Below are positions 11,740 through 20,968 of a stretch of 30,938 bases of DNA, piece by piece; the stretch's first letter is position 1; every line of letters starts with the position of its first letter. This stretch comes from Coxiellaceae bacterium. Lineage in GTDB: Bacteria; Pseudomonadota; Gammaproteobacteria; Coxiellales; Coxiellaceae. The notes beneath the pieces are model-generated. The model searched no databases. It had not been told where the DNA came from and was given only the letters and a program-made list of their open reading frames with translations. The position numbers were made by a program, and so were the translations under genes. The stretch is taken from positions 1 through 30,938 of the forward strand of contig JBGTHB010000062.1 of the NCBI GenBank assembly GCA_041746415.1, in the 5' to 3' direction.

Positions 11740-12258
11740 ATGCAAAAAATCTTGTTTACGATTGATGAAGTTAAGCATGACGAAAAATTCACGCATACCG
11801 TGAATAGTTTTATTTTATGCGCTGGGGAAAAATCAATGCAGCTATGGTCGGATAATAAAGCCATGACACTTAATAATGGTGACACCATTCGCTATCAGCA
11901 ATATTTTCTTACTGTGCACATTATTAATGAACGCAATCAAGCAGTGACGCAACAAAAACTAAATTGGCTAAGTCCACTGCAAACCGATTTAAATCACCAA
12001 ACTCGACAATTAAGCCATCCCTTTTCTCATACAGCGACAGATCCATTCGATCCCCTTGCCTTTTTAGCGCCAGCAACTCAAGCGCCGGATATTTTCTCGC
12101 CGGCAATTTCGCTTGCACATGAGCCTGTGTCTTATCGTGCACCGGAGGCCATACAAAAAGCCACCGAATACGCTAACAAACCTAAGCTGCTTGAGCGTAT
12201 CAAACAAACCAGTAAAAAAATTTGGCGAACCACCAAGCCCGGAGTAAATCAATGGTGA
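11740..12258 (+). CDS. Hypothetical Pro-rich protein immediately upstream of tssJ; possible degenerate FHA-like N-terminus
   Basis: The 172-aa ORF has a C-terminal half rich in Pro, Ala and Ser. The N-terminal ~60 aa end in LNNGDTIRYQQYFLTV, which weakly resembles the last strands of an FHA domain. The GR/SxxH FHA signatures are absent, so this is only a guess. It overlaps the tssJ start by 7 bp. Confidence 0.4.
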   Translation: MQKILFTIDEVKHDEKFTHTVNSFILCAGEKSMQLWSDNKAMTLNNGDTIRYQQYFLTVHIINERNQAVTQQKLNWLSPLQTDLNHQTRQLSHPFSHTATDPFDPLAFLAPATQAPDIFSPAISLAHEPVSYRAPEAIQKATEYANKPKLLERIKQTSKKIWRTTKPGVNQW

Positions 12259-12701
12259 AATTATGGCAGACACTGCTGCTGACATTATTGCTATGTGCAT
12301 GTTCGCACGGTGCAAGACAAGCGAATTTAGCCGTAACCACAGCGCACTATCTTAATCCTGATGTGTCTGGTCGGCCTGCACCGATAGTAGTATCAATTTA
12401 TCAACTTAAATTTGCCAATCGTTTTAGTCAAACAGATTACCAACAATTAAATGATAACGCCGCCAACCTTCTAGGCGATAATTTAATTGACCGACAAGAT
12501 ATTGAAATTAGACCAGGCGAACACCGCACGGTTCATATTGATCTTGCCCAAGACACAGAATTTATCGGTTTAGTCGCTCATTATCGTAATATTAATGCAG
12601 CAAAATGGCGTGCGGTTATAAGCGCCCCGCCCAAAACAAGCGCTCTTAATTTAAATATCGAGCTTGAAGCGCAAGCGCTAAGCGTTGAACGAGTACGATA
12701 A
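12252..12701 (+). CDS. tssJ: Type VI secretion outer-membrane lipoprotein TssJ
   Basis: The start was moved to MVKLWQTLLLTLLLCACS, which carries a lipobox (LCAC|S); a GGAG ribosome-binding site lies 7 nt upstream. The SciN/VasD-family motif PIVVSIYQLK is present. The gene lies upstream of tssK-tssL-tssM. Confidence 0.8.
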   Translation: MVKLWQTLLLTLLLCACSHGARQANLAVTTAHYLNPDVSGRPAPIVVSIYQLKFANRFSQTDYQQLNDNAANLLGDNLIDRQDIEIRPGEHRTVHIDLAQDTEFIGLVAHYRNINAAKWRAVISAPPKTSALNLNIELEAQALSVERVR

Positions 12702-12748
12702 TAACGATAAAAATAATGTGTAAATTTAAAAAAGTTGCGGAACTATAA

Positions 12749-14050
12749 ATGCAAAGTAATCGAGTCAACTGGGCTGAAGGGTTGTTTCTAAAACCTCAAC
12801 ACTTTCAACAACAAGAACGCTACTTTGAATATTCCATTACACAAAAATATCACCAACTCGGTGATCATTTGTGGGGAATCAAGACGCTGTCTTTTAATCA
12901 AGAACTATTGCAACAAGGTAAATTGGCTTTAGACTCAGCAAGCGGCTTTTTTGCCGATGGAACGGGCTTTAATTTTCCAAATTGCGATTGCAGCCCAGAT
13001 GCCATCACCATCCCAAATAATACTAAAAACCAAATAGTTTACCTTGCTTTGCCGGTAATCAAACATAATGAATACCATCAACGCTACTCCCACGCCCACC
13101 TCAACCTACTCGATCAATCCACCAACGATTTTGATTGTGATGATATAGAAATAGCAAAAATTAAACCCATACTAAAACTTTCAAGCCACGAGCTAGACAA
13201 TTATCTGGTTATTCCACTAGCTAAAATTACAGAATGTCGCACTGATAACAGCATTCAACTTGATTCAAATTTTATTCCAACAGCCATTCAAACTCAGGCC
13301 TTTGCAAAGTTAGCCCAAATGGCAGTTGAAATATTGGAGTTGCTCAATCATCGCTCGCATGCTTTATCGCAACGCCTAACCGACGTAGAACAGTCAGCTA
13401 CTGCTGAAATCACTGACTTCATGCTGCTGCAATTAGTGAATCGCTATGAAGCAGTATTTTTCGATTTAACGAATACTGCTGTTTTACACCCGCGGCAATT
13501 GTATCAAGCGTTAATACAATTGCTCAGTGAGCTAAGCACATTTACAAATGACAAACGTCGCGTCGCAAACATGTGTGTTTATAATCATCAAGATCTTGCC
13601 ACCACTTTTATGCCCTTAATGCACCAGCTACGTCATGAACTCAGTACTGTATTGGTTCAATCTGCCGTAGCAATAACACTTGAACCACGCGGTGCTGGCA
13701 TCTTTGTCGGCATTATAAATGAAAAAAGTTTACTAGATGATTGTCACTTTATATTAGCAATTAGCGCAGATATACCTAGCGAAACATTACGTAAAACATT
13801 GCCATCGCAAATAAAAATCGCCCCTGTTGAACAACTGCACAATTTAGTAATGCGTTCTTTACCTGGTATTGAAATTGAAAATTTAGCTATTGCACCCAGA
13901 CAAATTCCCTATCACAGCAATTTTTTATATTTTCAAATTAATAAACAACACTCACTATGGCAATCGTTGCCACAATCTGCCGCATTGGCTTTACATTTAA
14001 CGGGATTGTTACCTGGATTGAAACTGGAATTATGGGCAGTACGAGGATGA
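12749..14050 (+). CDS. tssK: Type VI secretion baseplate protein TssK
   Basis: The N-terminus MQSNRVNWAEGLFLKPQHFQQQERY matches the canonical TssK N-terminus. The length is 433 aa. Confidence 0.9.
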   Translation: MQSNRVNWAEGLFLKPQHFQQQERYFEYSITQKYHQLGDHLWGIKTLSFNQELLQQGKLALDSASGFFADGTGFNFPNCDCSPDAITIPNNTKNQIVYLALPVIKHNEYHQRYSHAHLNLLDQSTNDFDCDDIEIAKIKPILKLSSHELDNYLVIPLAKITECRTDNSIQLDSNFIPTAIQTQAFAKLAQMAVEILELLNHRSHALSQRLTDVEQSATAEITDFMLLQLVNRYEAVFFDLTNTAVLHPRQLYQALIQLLSELSTFTNDKRRVANMCVYNHQDLATTFMPLMHQLRHELSTVLVQSAVAITLEPRGAGIFVGIINEKSLLDDCHFILAISADIPSETLRKTLPSQIKIAPVEQLHNLVMRSLPGIEIENLAIAPRQIPYHSNFLYFQINKQHSLWQSLPQSAALALHLTGLLPGLKLELWAVRG

Positions 14051-14787
14051 AGCATCAACACCACAATCCCTATCTGGCATGCACCCAAACGGTTATCACC
14101 TTATTATTGCAAGTTAAGCATCAAGCTCAGCAACCCGATTATCAAAAATTGCACGCTCAATTTATTAATGAGATCCAGCAAGTAGAAATTTATTTGCGCC
14201 AACAAGGAGTGAGCGAACGTCAGGCATTGTCTACCCGCTACTGCTTATGTGCAGTTACTGATGAGGCCATATTATCGACTAATTGGGGCGTACAATGCGG
14301 CTGGTCACAACAAACCTTATTGAGCTTGTTCCATCAAGAAACCTGGGGCGGTGAGCGCTTTTATTTAATCTTAGAAAATGCACTGAAAAACATGCGCGAT
14401 AACCTTGATTTTATCGAATTACTGTATGTTTTATTAAGCCTGGGCTTTGAAGGTAAATTTTATAATAAAGAAGCCGTTGTCCGCGAACAAATTCGTAACC
14501 GCTTATTCTACGCCATACGCCATGCCCGCGGTAAAGTGACCAGACAACTTTCAACACACGCTTATGATCCCGAACCATTTATGTTGCATCACCAAAACCG
14601 TCGCTCACTCAAAAAATTTGCTTACGTTTGTTTATCTCTATTTTTACTCATCAATCTCAGTTATAACTTGAGGTTAAATCACGTTGCCGATCCACTAACC
14701 CAACAATTAGCGCAATTAGCCCAAATTTCACCAGTAACCGTTTTTAGCCAATTTACCGACATTAAACGTACAAGGCCAAACTCATGA
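14047..14787 (+). CDS. tssL: Type VI secretion membrane protein TssL (DotU family)
   Basis: DotU core motifs are present: STRYCLCAVTDEAIL, LLSLFHQETWGGERFY and IELLYVLLSLGFEGKFYN, with a single C-terminal TM. The start was moved to the ATG at 14047, which overlaps the tssK stop (ATGA). Confidence 0.9.
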   Translation: MKHQHHNPYLACTQTVITLLLQVKHQAQQPDYQKLHAQFINEIQQVEIYLRQQGVSERQALSTRYCLCAVTDEAILSTNWGVQCGWSQQTLLSLFHQETWGGERFYLILENALKNMRDNLDFIELLYVLLSLGFEGKFYNKEAVVREQIRNRLFYAIRHARGKVTRQLSTHAYDPEPFMLHHQNRRSLKKFAYVCLSLFLLINLSYNLRLNHVADPLTQQLAQLAQISPVTVFSQFTDIKRTRPNS

Positions 14788-17700
14788 GACGTTACTGGGA
14801 TATCATTAAGCAGTTTTGCACTCATGTCGTCAGCATGATTAAACAATCCACTAAAAAAATATGGACAATTAGCCAACGCTACTACACCAAACAGAAATTA
14901 TTTGTTAGCGAAAAACGTCAATTTACTTCACTTCACAAACAACCCTGGTATTTTGTTTTAGGTGAATCACAGTCTGGACGTAGCCAATTAATCGCCCACA
15001 GCGGTTTTCACAGTGAAGCAAATCATTTGTTGAGTAAAGCTTGTGAATTTTACAAAGCGCTTTTTCCTCGTTTAAGTTGGGATTTTAATGCCAATACCTG
15101 CTTTATCACTAACAAAGACGAAACTTTTTTTGAAGATGAAGCCAACATCAAACCTTGGTTAAAAACCCTGGCGAGGCACCGCCGCCAACAACCATTAAAC
15201 GGCGTTATTATGACGATTGATATCAATGAGTGGTTGTATCAAGATAAATCTCAACAGCAGCGATTAATTCAACGTTACGCTAAATTGTTGATTCGTTTAA
15301 GTCAGCAATTAAAAGAACAAATACCGGTTTATTTGGTCTGGACTAAAATGGACAGACTAATTGGTTTTAATGAATTTTTCCATGAACTGTCTCGCGAAGA
15401 GCTGGAGCAAATTTGGGGTCTCACTTTTCCAATTACAAAAATTACTGATCTCACGTTGCTACGACAGTTTCTACATCAAGAATACCCTAAGTTAGTGCAA
15501 CGATTACAAGAACGTGTTATTCATCTATTAGACAGTGAAAAATCAGCCGCGGCTCGCGAATTAATTTATGCTTTCCCGCAACAAATTCAATTATTAGCGC
15601 AACCCATTGCTGATTTTATCCACCAGCTGATTAGCGCGCTGCCGCAGTTTAATTTGATTCATTTACGGGGATTTTATTTTACTAGCGCCTCCCAAACGGG
15701 CCAACAGCATAATTTGCTATTGCACAGCATTGCCAATGAATTTTCACTGGTGCCGATTGCACCGACTGTTTCAACGCTCAATCAAGAATGTTATTTTATT
15801 CGCAATTTATTCGAACAACTCATTTATCCTGAAAGCAGAATAATGGGATTCAGCCATCAAACTCGTAAACGCAAGCAGTACACTTATCAAAGCGCGTGGC
15901 TAGTTATTCCGCTATTATTAATATACGGTATTTGGCAAACAGCAATCAGCTACCACTATGAAATCCATTACTTAACTGCTCTTAAATCAAAGATTGCCTA
16001 CTATAAGCACTTACGCAATAATTTGGATTTTCACAATCCCGATATCACCACTACGTTACCGCTGCTACAGCAAGCACATCGTATATTGAACCCAATTCAT
16101 CATTATGCGCATTTTGGCATGAATTTATTGTTTAATTCACATCAATTACGCACTCAAGCAAACAATTTAATGCAAAGAACATTGGCCAGTTTTTTTGTGC
16201 CTCGTATCGCCTTAACACTAGAAAATCAATTACACCATAATAAGATGAACATTAATTTTCGCTATGCGACATTAAAAGGCTATTTGGTTTTTAACCCACA
16301 AAACCAAGCACCTACCAATAATCTAATTGCACCAATGAAAATTTATTGGGCGCAACACTTTAAAGGCAAACCGAATACGTTGTTAGCGCTTAATTATTAC
16401 CTCAATCAAGCGGTACTGTTTCCTCAAACCGCCTTACCGATTGATCACGATCTGGTTAGTCAAAATCGCGATCTGTTACAGCAAGTGATTCCGTCTCAAC
16501 GAGCCTATGTATTATTGCAATTTGAAAGCCGCGCTAGTGCACTCAACGATATTAATTTTGCGCAATTGACTGGCAGCGCTATTGACAGTGTTTTTGTCAA
16601 CAGCACCACATTACCAAAAATTCCTGCGTTTTATACCCTAGCTGGTTTCCAACATATCTTTTCATATCAACTGAACAATATTGCTAATGAAGTAGCCAAC
16701 GATAATCACGAAATTGGCTTAAGCAGCGTAACCTATGGTTCACCTTCTGCAACAGATATTAAAGATCAAGTTAAAACACAATATAGCCAAGATTACCTAA
16801 ATCAATGGGACAACGCGCTTAAGGCGCTTGACGTCAAGTCTTTTGACACTTATGACAATGCGGAAAAAATCTTAACGCTGTTAGGCAGCAATCAATCGCC
16901 TTTATTTCATGTGTTGAACATTGTTAAGCGTAATACCACAACCATTGACGATGACAGCATCCAAGTGAAGCAACATTTTTACGCCTTGAATCATTTTTAC
17001 GACCATTCTCAAGCTGAAAAATTGAGCGCTAGTTTCACTGCCATCAAAACCTATTTGCAAACTATCCAAAATCAAAATGATCCTAATAAAGCTGCCTTTG
17101 ATGCTGCTAAACAGTATTTTATGGGCGCCAAAAATCCAATTTATCAATTACAGCAATTAGCCAAAGATGCACCTGCTCCAGCTAAACGTTGGCTAGAAAC
17201 CATTGCCGATAACACGCTGGCATTAATTTTCGCGCACGCGCGCGATTATATTAATGCGCAATGGCAAAAGGACATCATTCTTCCATACGGCAACGAGGTG
17301 ATGGGGCACTATCCTATTAACATTCACGCTGTAGCGCAGCTCGATCTTAATACCTTCCAAACACTTTTTGCACCAAAAGGTAAATTGGATCAATTTTTTG
17401 TGCAGTTCATCCAACCCTTTGTCAATTCAGACGGGCCAAATTGGCAATATTACCAACGTGAAAATGGTTCTATTGAATTATCTACTGCTACGCTGGTTTT
17501 ATTTGAGCGCGCTAAACGCATTCAAAACGATTTCTTTAATAACACATCAGGCACGCCAAGTCTGGAATTAACAATTGAGCCACGCTTGCTTGATACTAAT
17601 TTAATGCGCTTTAATTTAGCTATTGGTAATCAAAATTTAGCGTACGCTCACGGTCCGCGCCAAAGCCTTGCCCTACATTGGCCACTGGGTATATTGAATC

Positions 17701-17945
17701 AAAGCGTAACGCTTTCCATGATAGATTTTAATCATAACCCCGATGAATTCCACAGCAGCGGTCCCTGGTCATTGTTTAAATTATTTGATCGAGGACAGTG
17801 GCAACCGGGCAACAACCCAAATAATTACAACTTAATACTTTATTTTAACCACCGTGTTGTAGAGCTAACCATCAACAGCACATTGCCTTTAGCTACATTG
17901 AAATTAACTGATCTCGAACATTTTAACTTGGTGAGTACTTTATGA
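14784..17945 (+). CDS. tssM: Type VI secretion membrane protein TssM (IcmF-like); atypical, with no N-terminal TM hairpin and a degenerate Walker A
   Basis: The 1053-aa protein lies 3' of tssL with an ATGA overlap. A P-loop-like segment PWYFVLGESQSGRSQL (nt 14961-14984) is followed by a central TM (WLVIPLLLIYGIWQTAI) and a long periplasmic C-terminal region, which together give IcmF-like architecture. Confidence 0.75.
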   Translation: MRRYWDIIKQFCTHVVSMIKQSTKKIWTISQRYYTKQKLFVSEKRQFTSLHKQPWYFVLGESQSGRSQLIAHSGFHSEANHLLSKACEFYKALFPRLSWDFNANTCFITNKDETFFEDEANIKPWLKTLARHRRQQPLNGVIMTIDINEWLYQDKSQQQRLIQRYAKLLIRLSQQLKEQIPVYLVWTKMDRLIGFNEFFHELSREELEQIWGLTFPITKITDLTLLRQFLHQEYPKLVQRLQERVIHLLDSEKSAAARELIYAFPQQIQLLAQPIADFIHQLISALPQFNLIHLRGFYFTSASQTGQQHNLLLHSIANEFSLVPIAPTVSTLNQECYFIRNLFEQLIYPESRIMGFSHQTRKRKQYTYQSAWLVIPLLLIYGIWQTAISYHYEIHYLTALKSKIAYYKHLRNNLDFHNPDITTTLPLLQQAHRILNPIHHYAHFGMNLLFNSHQLRTQANNLMQRTLASFFVPRIALTLENQLHHNKMNINFRYATLKGYLVFNPQNQAPTNNLIAPMKIYWAQHFKGKPNTLLALNYYLNQAVLFPQTALPIDHDLVSQNRDLLQQVIPSQRAYVLLQFESRASALNDINFAQLTGSAIDSVFVNSTTLPKIPAFYTLAGFQHIFSYQLNNIANEVANDNHEIGLSSVTYGSPSATDIKDQVKTQYSQDYLNQWDNALKALDVKSFDTYDNAEKILTLLGSNQSPLFHVLNIVKRNTTTIDDDSIQVKQHFYALNHFYDHSQAEKLSASFTAIKTYLQTIQNQNDPNKAAFDAAKQYFMGAKNPIYQLQQLAKDAPAPAKRWLETIADNTLALIFAHARDYINAQWQKDIILPYGNEVMGHYPINIHAVAQLDLNTFQTLFAPKGKLDQFFVQFIQPFVNSDGPNWQYYQRENGSIELSTATLVLFERAKRIQNDFFNNTSGTPSLELTIEPRLLDTNLMRFNLAIGNQNLAYAHGPRQSLALHWPLGILNQSVTLSMIDFNHNPDEFHSSGPWSLFKLFDRGQWQPGNNPNNYNLILYFNHRVVELTINSTLPLATLKLTDLEHFNLVSTL

Positions 17946-18928
17946 ATGCAAATGCCGACACATTAAAAACGGCCAATCAAGATATACGCCAATCCCCTAA
18001 TTTGGCCACACTTTATTTTGATACCAAGAGCCAGCGCAATGATGCTAAACGCATGGAGCGTGAAGCGGTGTTAAATGAAACATCACTGCAACTTGCTTTA
18101 CCACTTTGGCAGGCACTTGAATCTCAATGCGACACGATCTTAGCTGAACACAGCAAAGATATTGAAGTGTGCTGCTGGCTAATCGAAGCCCGTGTGCGTA
18201 CCGACGGTATAACTGGTCTTATTACCGCGTGGCAGTATACAACTGATTTACTGCGTACCGTTGGCTTAGCCTGTCAACCTAATAACCCACTGGACTATTT
18301 AGCCAAATTGCATGAAGGTGGCAACACCAATTCGTTAAGCGGTTATTTACGATTCCTACCCATCACCGACAATACTGCTATTAGCGCCAACTTTCAGGCT
18401 TGGCAATATGAGGCCAAGAACAATGATGCTCAGCTTGCCCATGCGCTTACTGCTGCTATCCAGTCTTCGCCTTTGTCGTTCTATCAACAACAGTTACAAT
18501 TTATCGCAACAGCAAAAACCACATTTACCACGTTGTGTGAAGTTGCCCACGCTCTGGATAACAAACAAGCGCCTAGTAAAACGCATTTTTTAGATGCCTT
18601 AAATCAACTTGAACTTATATTCAGCGATATCGTGCAACAGCATTTCCCGCAAACACGAGCTGAAATAAAAACACAAACAAGTCCCCGCCTTGCTTCAAGC
18701 ACAAATTCACCATCCACTACTAGCGCTTTAACACGTGAAACAGCACTGCAACAAATAGAAACGTTGTCGCATTTTTTTGAGCAAACTGAACCGCACTCAC
18801 CTTTAATTTTTTTGCTTAAGCGTTGCGTTGAATGGGGTAAGTTACCCTTACCTAAACTACTTGAACAAATGATTACGGACGACACCACACGTGACAAATT
18901 GTGTAATTTAATCGGCATAAAATTATAA
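17942..18928 (+). CDS. tssA: Type VI secretion protein TssA (ImpA N-terminal domain family)
   Basis: The ImpA_N-like segment SKDIEVCCWLIEARVRTDGITGLITAWQYTTDLL follows the SKDL-V--WL-EA-pattern of that family. The gene overlaps the tssM stop (ATGA) and lies immediately upstream of tssB and tssC. Confidence 0.65.
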   Translation: MNANADTLKTANQDIRQSPNLATLYFDTKSQRNDAKRMEREAVLNETSLQLALPLWQALESQCDTILAEHSKDIEVCCWLIEARVRTDGITGLITAWQYTTDLLRTVGLACQPNNPLDYLAKLHEGGNTNSLSGYLRFLPITDNTAISANFQAWQYEAKNNDAQLAHALTAAIQSSPLSFYQQQLQFIATAKTTFTTLCEVAHALDNKQAPSKTHFLDALNQLELIFSDIVQQHFPQTRAEIKTQTSPRLASSTNSPSTTSALTRETALQQIETLSHFFEQTEPHSPLIFLLKRCVEWGKLPLPKLLEQMITDDTTRDKLCNLIGIKL

Positions 18929-18984
18929 CTACTCAAAAAATAATGAACATAATCTACAAAACGACAATGAACTAGGAGGCCACT

Positions 18985-19506
18985 ATGATCGAAAGCATAC
19001 ATAATAAACTTGAACGCGTACGCAAACCCCGCGTCCACATTAAATATGAAGTGGAAACAAATGATGGGGTAGCGCAGCATGAACTGCCTTTTGTGGTCGG
19101 CGTTATGGGCGATTTCTCAATGGATAACACACAAAACCGTAAACCTTTGCGTGAACGTAAATTTATTGAAATTGATCGCGATAATTTTGATAACGTCATG
19201 CAACGCATGAACCCACAGCTGTCCATCCGCGTAAAAAATGTTTTCACCACAGCAGAACAAGAACTACCGGTAACCTTGTCGTTTGCCTCCCTTGATGATT
19301 TTTCGCCAGAAAACCTCACTGACGCCATACCAATGCTTAAAAAATTAAAAGCGCTGCGACATATGCTGCGTGATTTACTCAGCCAAAGCGATCGTTCACC
19401 ACAACTTGAAGCACTACTTGAACAAGCCCTAAAAGAACCTGAAGTGTTGGCAAAACTCAGTGCTGAACTCAGCAACCAACCTAATTACACTGCGGAGTCT
19501 GTATAA
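18985..19506 (+). CDS. tssB: Type VI secretion sheath small subunit TssB (VipA)
   Basis: The translation KLERVRKPRVHIKYEVETNDGVAQHELPFVVGVMGDFS is the canonical TssB sequence. An AGGAGG ribosome-binding site lies at 18965-18970. Confidence 0.92.
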   Translation: MIESIHNKLERVRKPRVHIKYEVETNDGVAQHELPFVVGVMGDFSMDNTQNRKPLRERKFIEIDRDNFDNVMQRMNPQLSIRVKNVFTTAEQELPVTLSFASLDDFSPENLTDAIPMLKKLKALRHMLRDLLSQSDRSPQLEALLEQALKEPEVLAKLSAELSNQPNYTAESV

Positions 19507-20963
19507 TGAGCACAGTTATTGATAAATCAACCTTATTAAAATCCGAAACAAATATTTTTAATTTAGCGTTACAAGCCAATGATCATAGAGACACCCACAA
19601 AACGACACAGCTTTTAACAGCGTTAGCAAAAAATATAACAGATGGTATGCTCAGTTGGGATAAAAGTGTGATTAATTCCATTAATCGCGCCATTGCGAAA
19701 TTAGATAATCTAATTTCGCAGCAGCTGGCTGAGGTTATGCACCATCCGCGTTTTAGTGCATTGGAAGGTTCATGGCGCGGCATGAATTATTTAGTTAATC
19801 ATTCTGAAACCTCGTCTTTACTTAAAATAAAACTCATGGATGTTAAAAAATCAGAACTACAATTGGATTTTGAACGTGCTTTAGAATTTGACCAAAGCAG
19901 CTTGTTTAAAAAAATATATGAGTCTGAGTTTGGTATGCCAGGCGGCGAACCTTATGGTGTTTTAATTGGTGATTATACTTTTACTCAACATCCACAAGAC
20001 ATTAACCTACTTCAAGGACTAGCCGGTGTTGCTGCCGCCAGTTTTTGTCCCTTCCTATCCAGTGCTGATGCGCAATTATTTGGTTTCAGTGACTGGAGCA
20101 AGTTATCCCAACCACGCGATTTAAAGAAAATTTTTGAAAGCACAGATTACATTAAATGGCGTCAATTTCGTGAAACTGAAGACTCTTGTTTTATTACCTT
20201 AACCCTGCCACGTGTGTTAGCACGTCTTCCTTATGGTGAAGCAACAAAACCAGTTGCTGAGTTTAATTATGAAGAACAACAGCCACATAGTCATGGTTAT
20301 TGTTGGATGAACGCCGCCTATCCGCTTGCTACTAAAATCACGGATGCTTTTGCTAAAACGGGTTGGACAACAGCCATTCGTGGTGCAGAAGGAGGAGGTA
20401 AAGTTGAAGATTTGCCATTGCATATTTTTACTAGCGACGATGGCGATTTAGACGCGCAATGCCCAACGGAAGTTGGCATTACCGATCGGCGCGAAGCCGA
20501 ACTTTCTCAACTGGGTTTTTTACCTTTGTGTCATTATAAAAACACAGACTACGCTGTCTATTTTGGTGCAGAAACGCTGCACAAAGCAAAACAGTATGAT
20601 CGTGTGGATGCTACCGAAAACGCACGTATCGCAGCTCGCCTACCTTATGTATTAGCTACCTCTCGATTTGCACATTATTTAAAAATTATGGCGCGGGATA
20701 AAATCGGTTCATATCAAGAAGCCAGTGACTGTGAAATTTGGCTAAACCATTGGATTTTAAATTTTGTAAACAATAACGCTTCGACTAAGCAAGATTTAAA
20801 AGCGAAGTACCCATTGGCAGATGCCAAAATTGAAGTGAAACCTATTCCAGGAAAGTCCGGGGCATATCACGCTATTGCCTGGCTGCGCCCATGGCTACAA
20901 ATGGAAGAGCTAACGGCTTCATTACGCCTGGTAACAAGCATTCCCAAACGAGGTGGTCAATAG
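19506..20963 (+). CDS. tssC: Type VI secretion sheath large subunit TssC (VipB)
   Basis: The 485-aa protein carries PGGEPYGVLIGDY, LPRVLARLPYG and FAHYLKIMARDKIGSY. It overlaps the tssB stop by 1 nt. Confidence 0.92.
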   Translation: MSTVIDKSTLLKSETNIFNLALQANDHRDTHKTTQLLTALAKNITDGMLSWDKSVINSINRAIAKLDNLISQQLAEVMHHPRFSALEGSWRGMNYLVNHSETSSLLKIKLMDVKKSELQLDFERALEFDQSSLFKKIYESEFGMPGGEPYGVLIGDYTFTQHPQDINLLQGLAGVAAASFCPFLSSADAQLFGFSDWSKLSQPRDLKKIFESTDYIKWRQFRETEDSCFITLTLPRVLARLPYGEATKPVAEFNYEEQQPHSHGYCWMNAAYPLATKITDAFAKTGWTTAIRGAEGGGKVEDLPLHIFTSDDGDLDAQCPTEVGITDRREAELSQLGFLPLCHYKNTDYAVYFGAETLHKAKQYDRVDATENARIAARLPYVLATSRFAHYLKIMARDKIGSYQEASDCEIWLNHWILNFVNNNASTKQDLKAKYPLADAKIEVKPIPGKSGAYHAIAWLRPWLQMEELTASLRLVTSIPKRGGQ

Positions 20964-20968
20964 TCATC

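Noticed and set aside
11740-12258. Hcp (the 172-aa size is similar to Hcp)
   Set aside because: The sequence has no resemblance to Hcp β-sandwich motifs. The C-terminal half is Pro/Ala-rich and probably disordered.
13957-14787. Longer tssL start at 13957
   Set aside because: The extension would overlap the last 31 codons of tssK in another frame. The ATG at 14047, overlapping the tssK stop, gives a typical DotU N-terminus.
18408-19475. Small ORFs at 18408..18593, 18604..19080 and 18972..19475 (the last two on the minus strand) across tssA and tssB
   Set aside because: They overlap motif-supported tssA and tssB in other frames, and their translations are Cys/Ser-rich and low-complexity.
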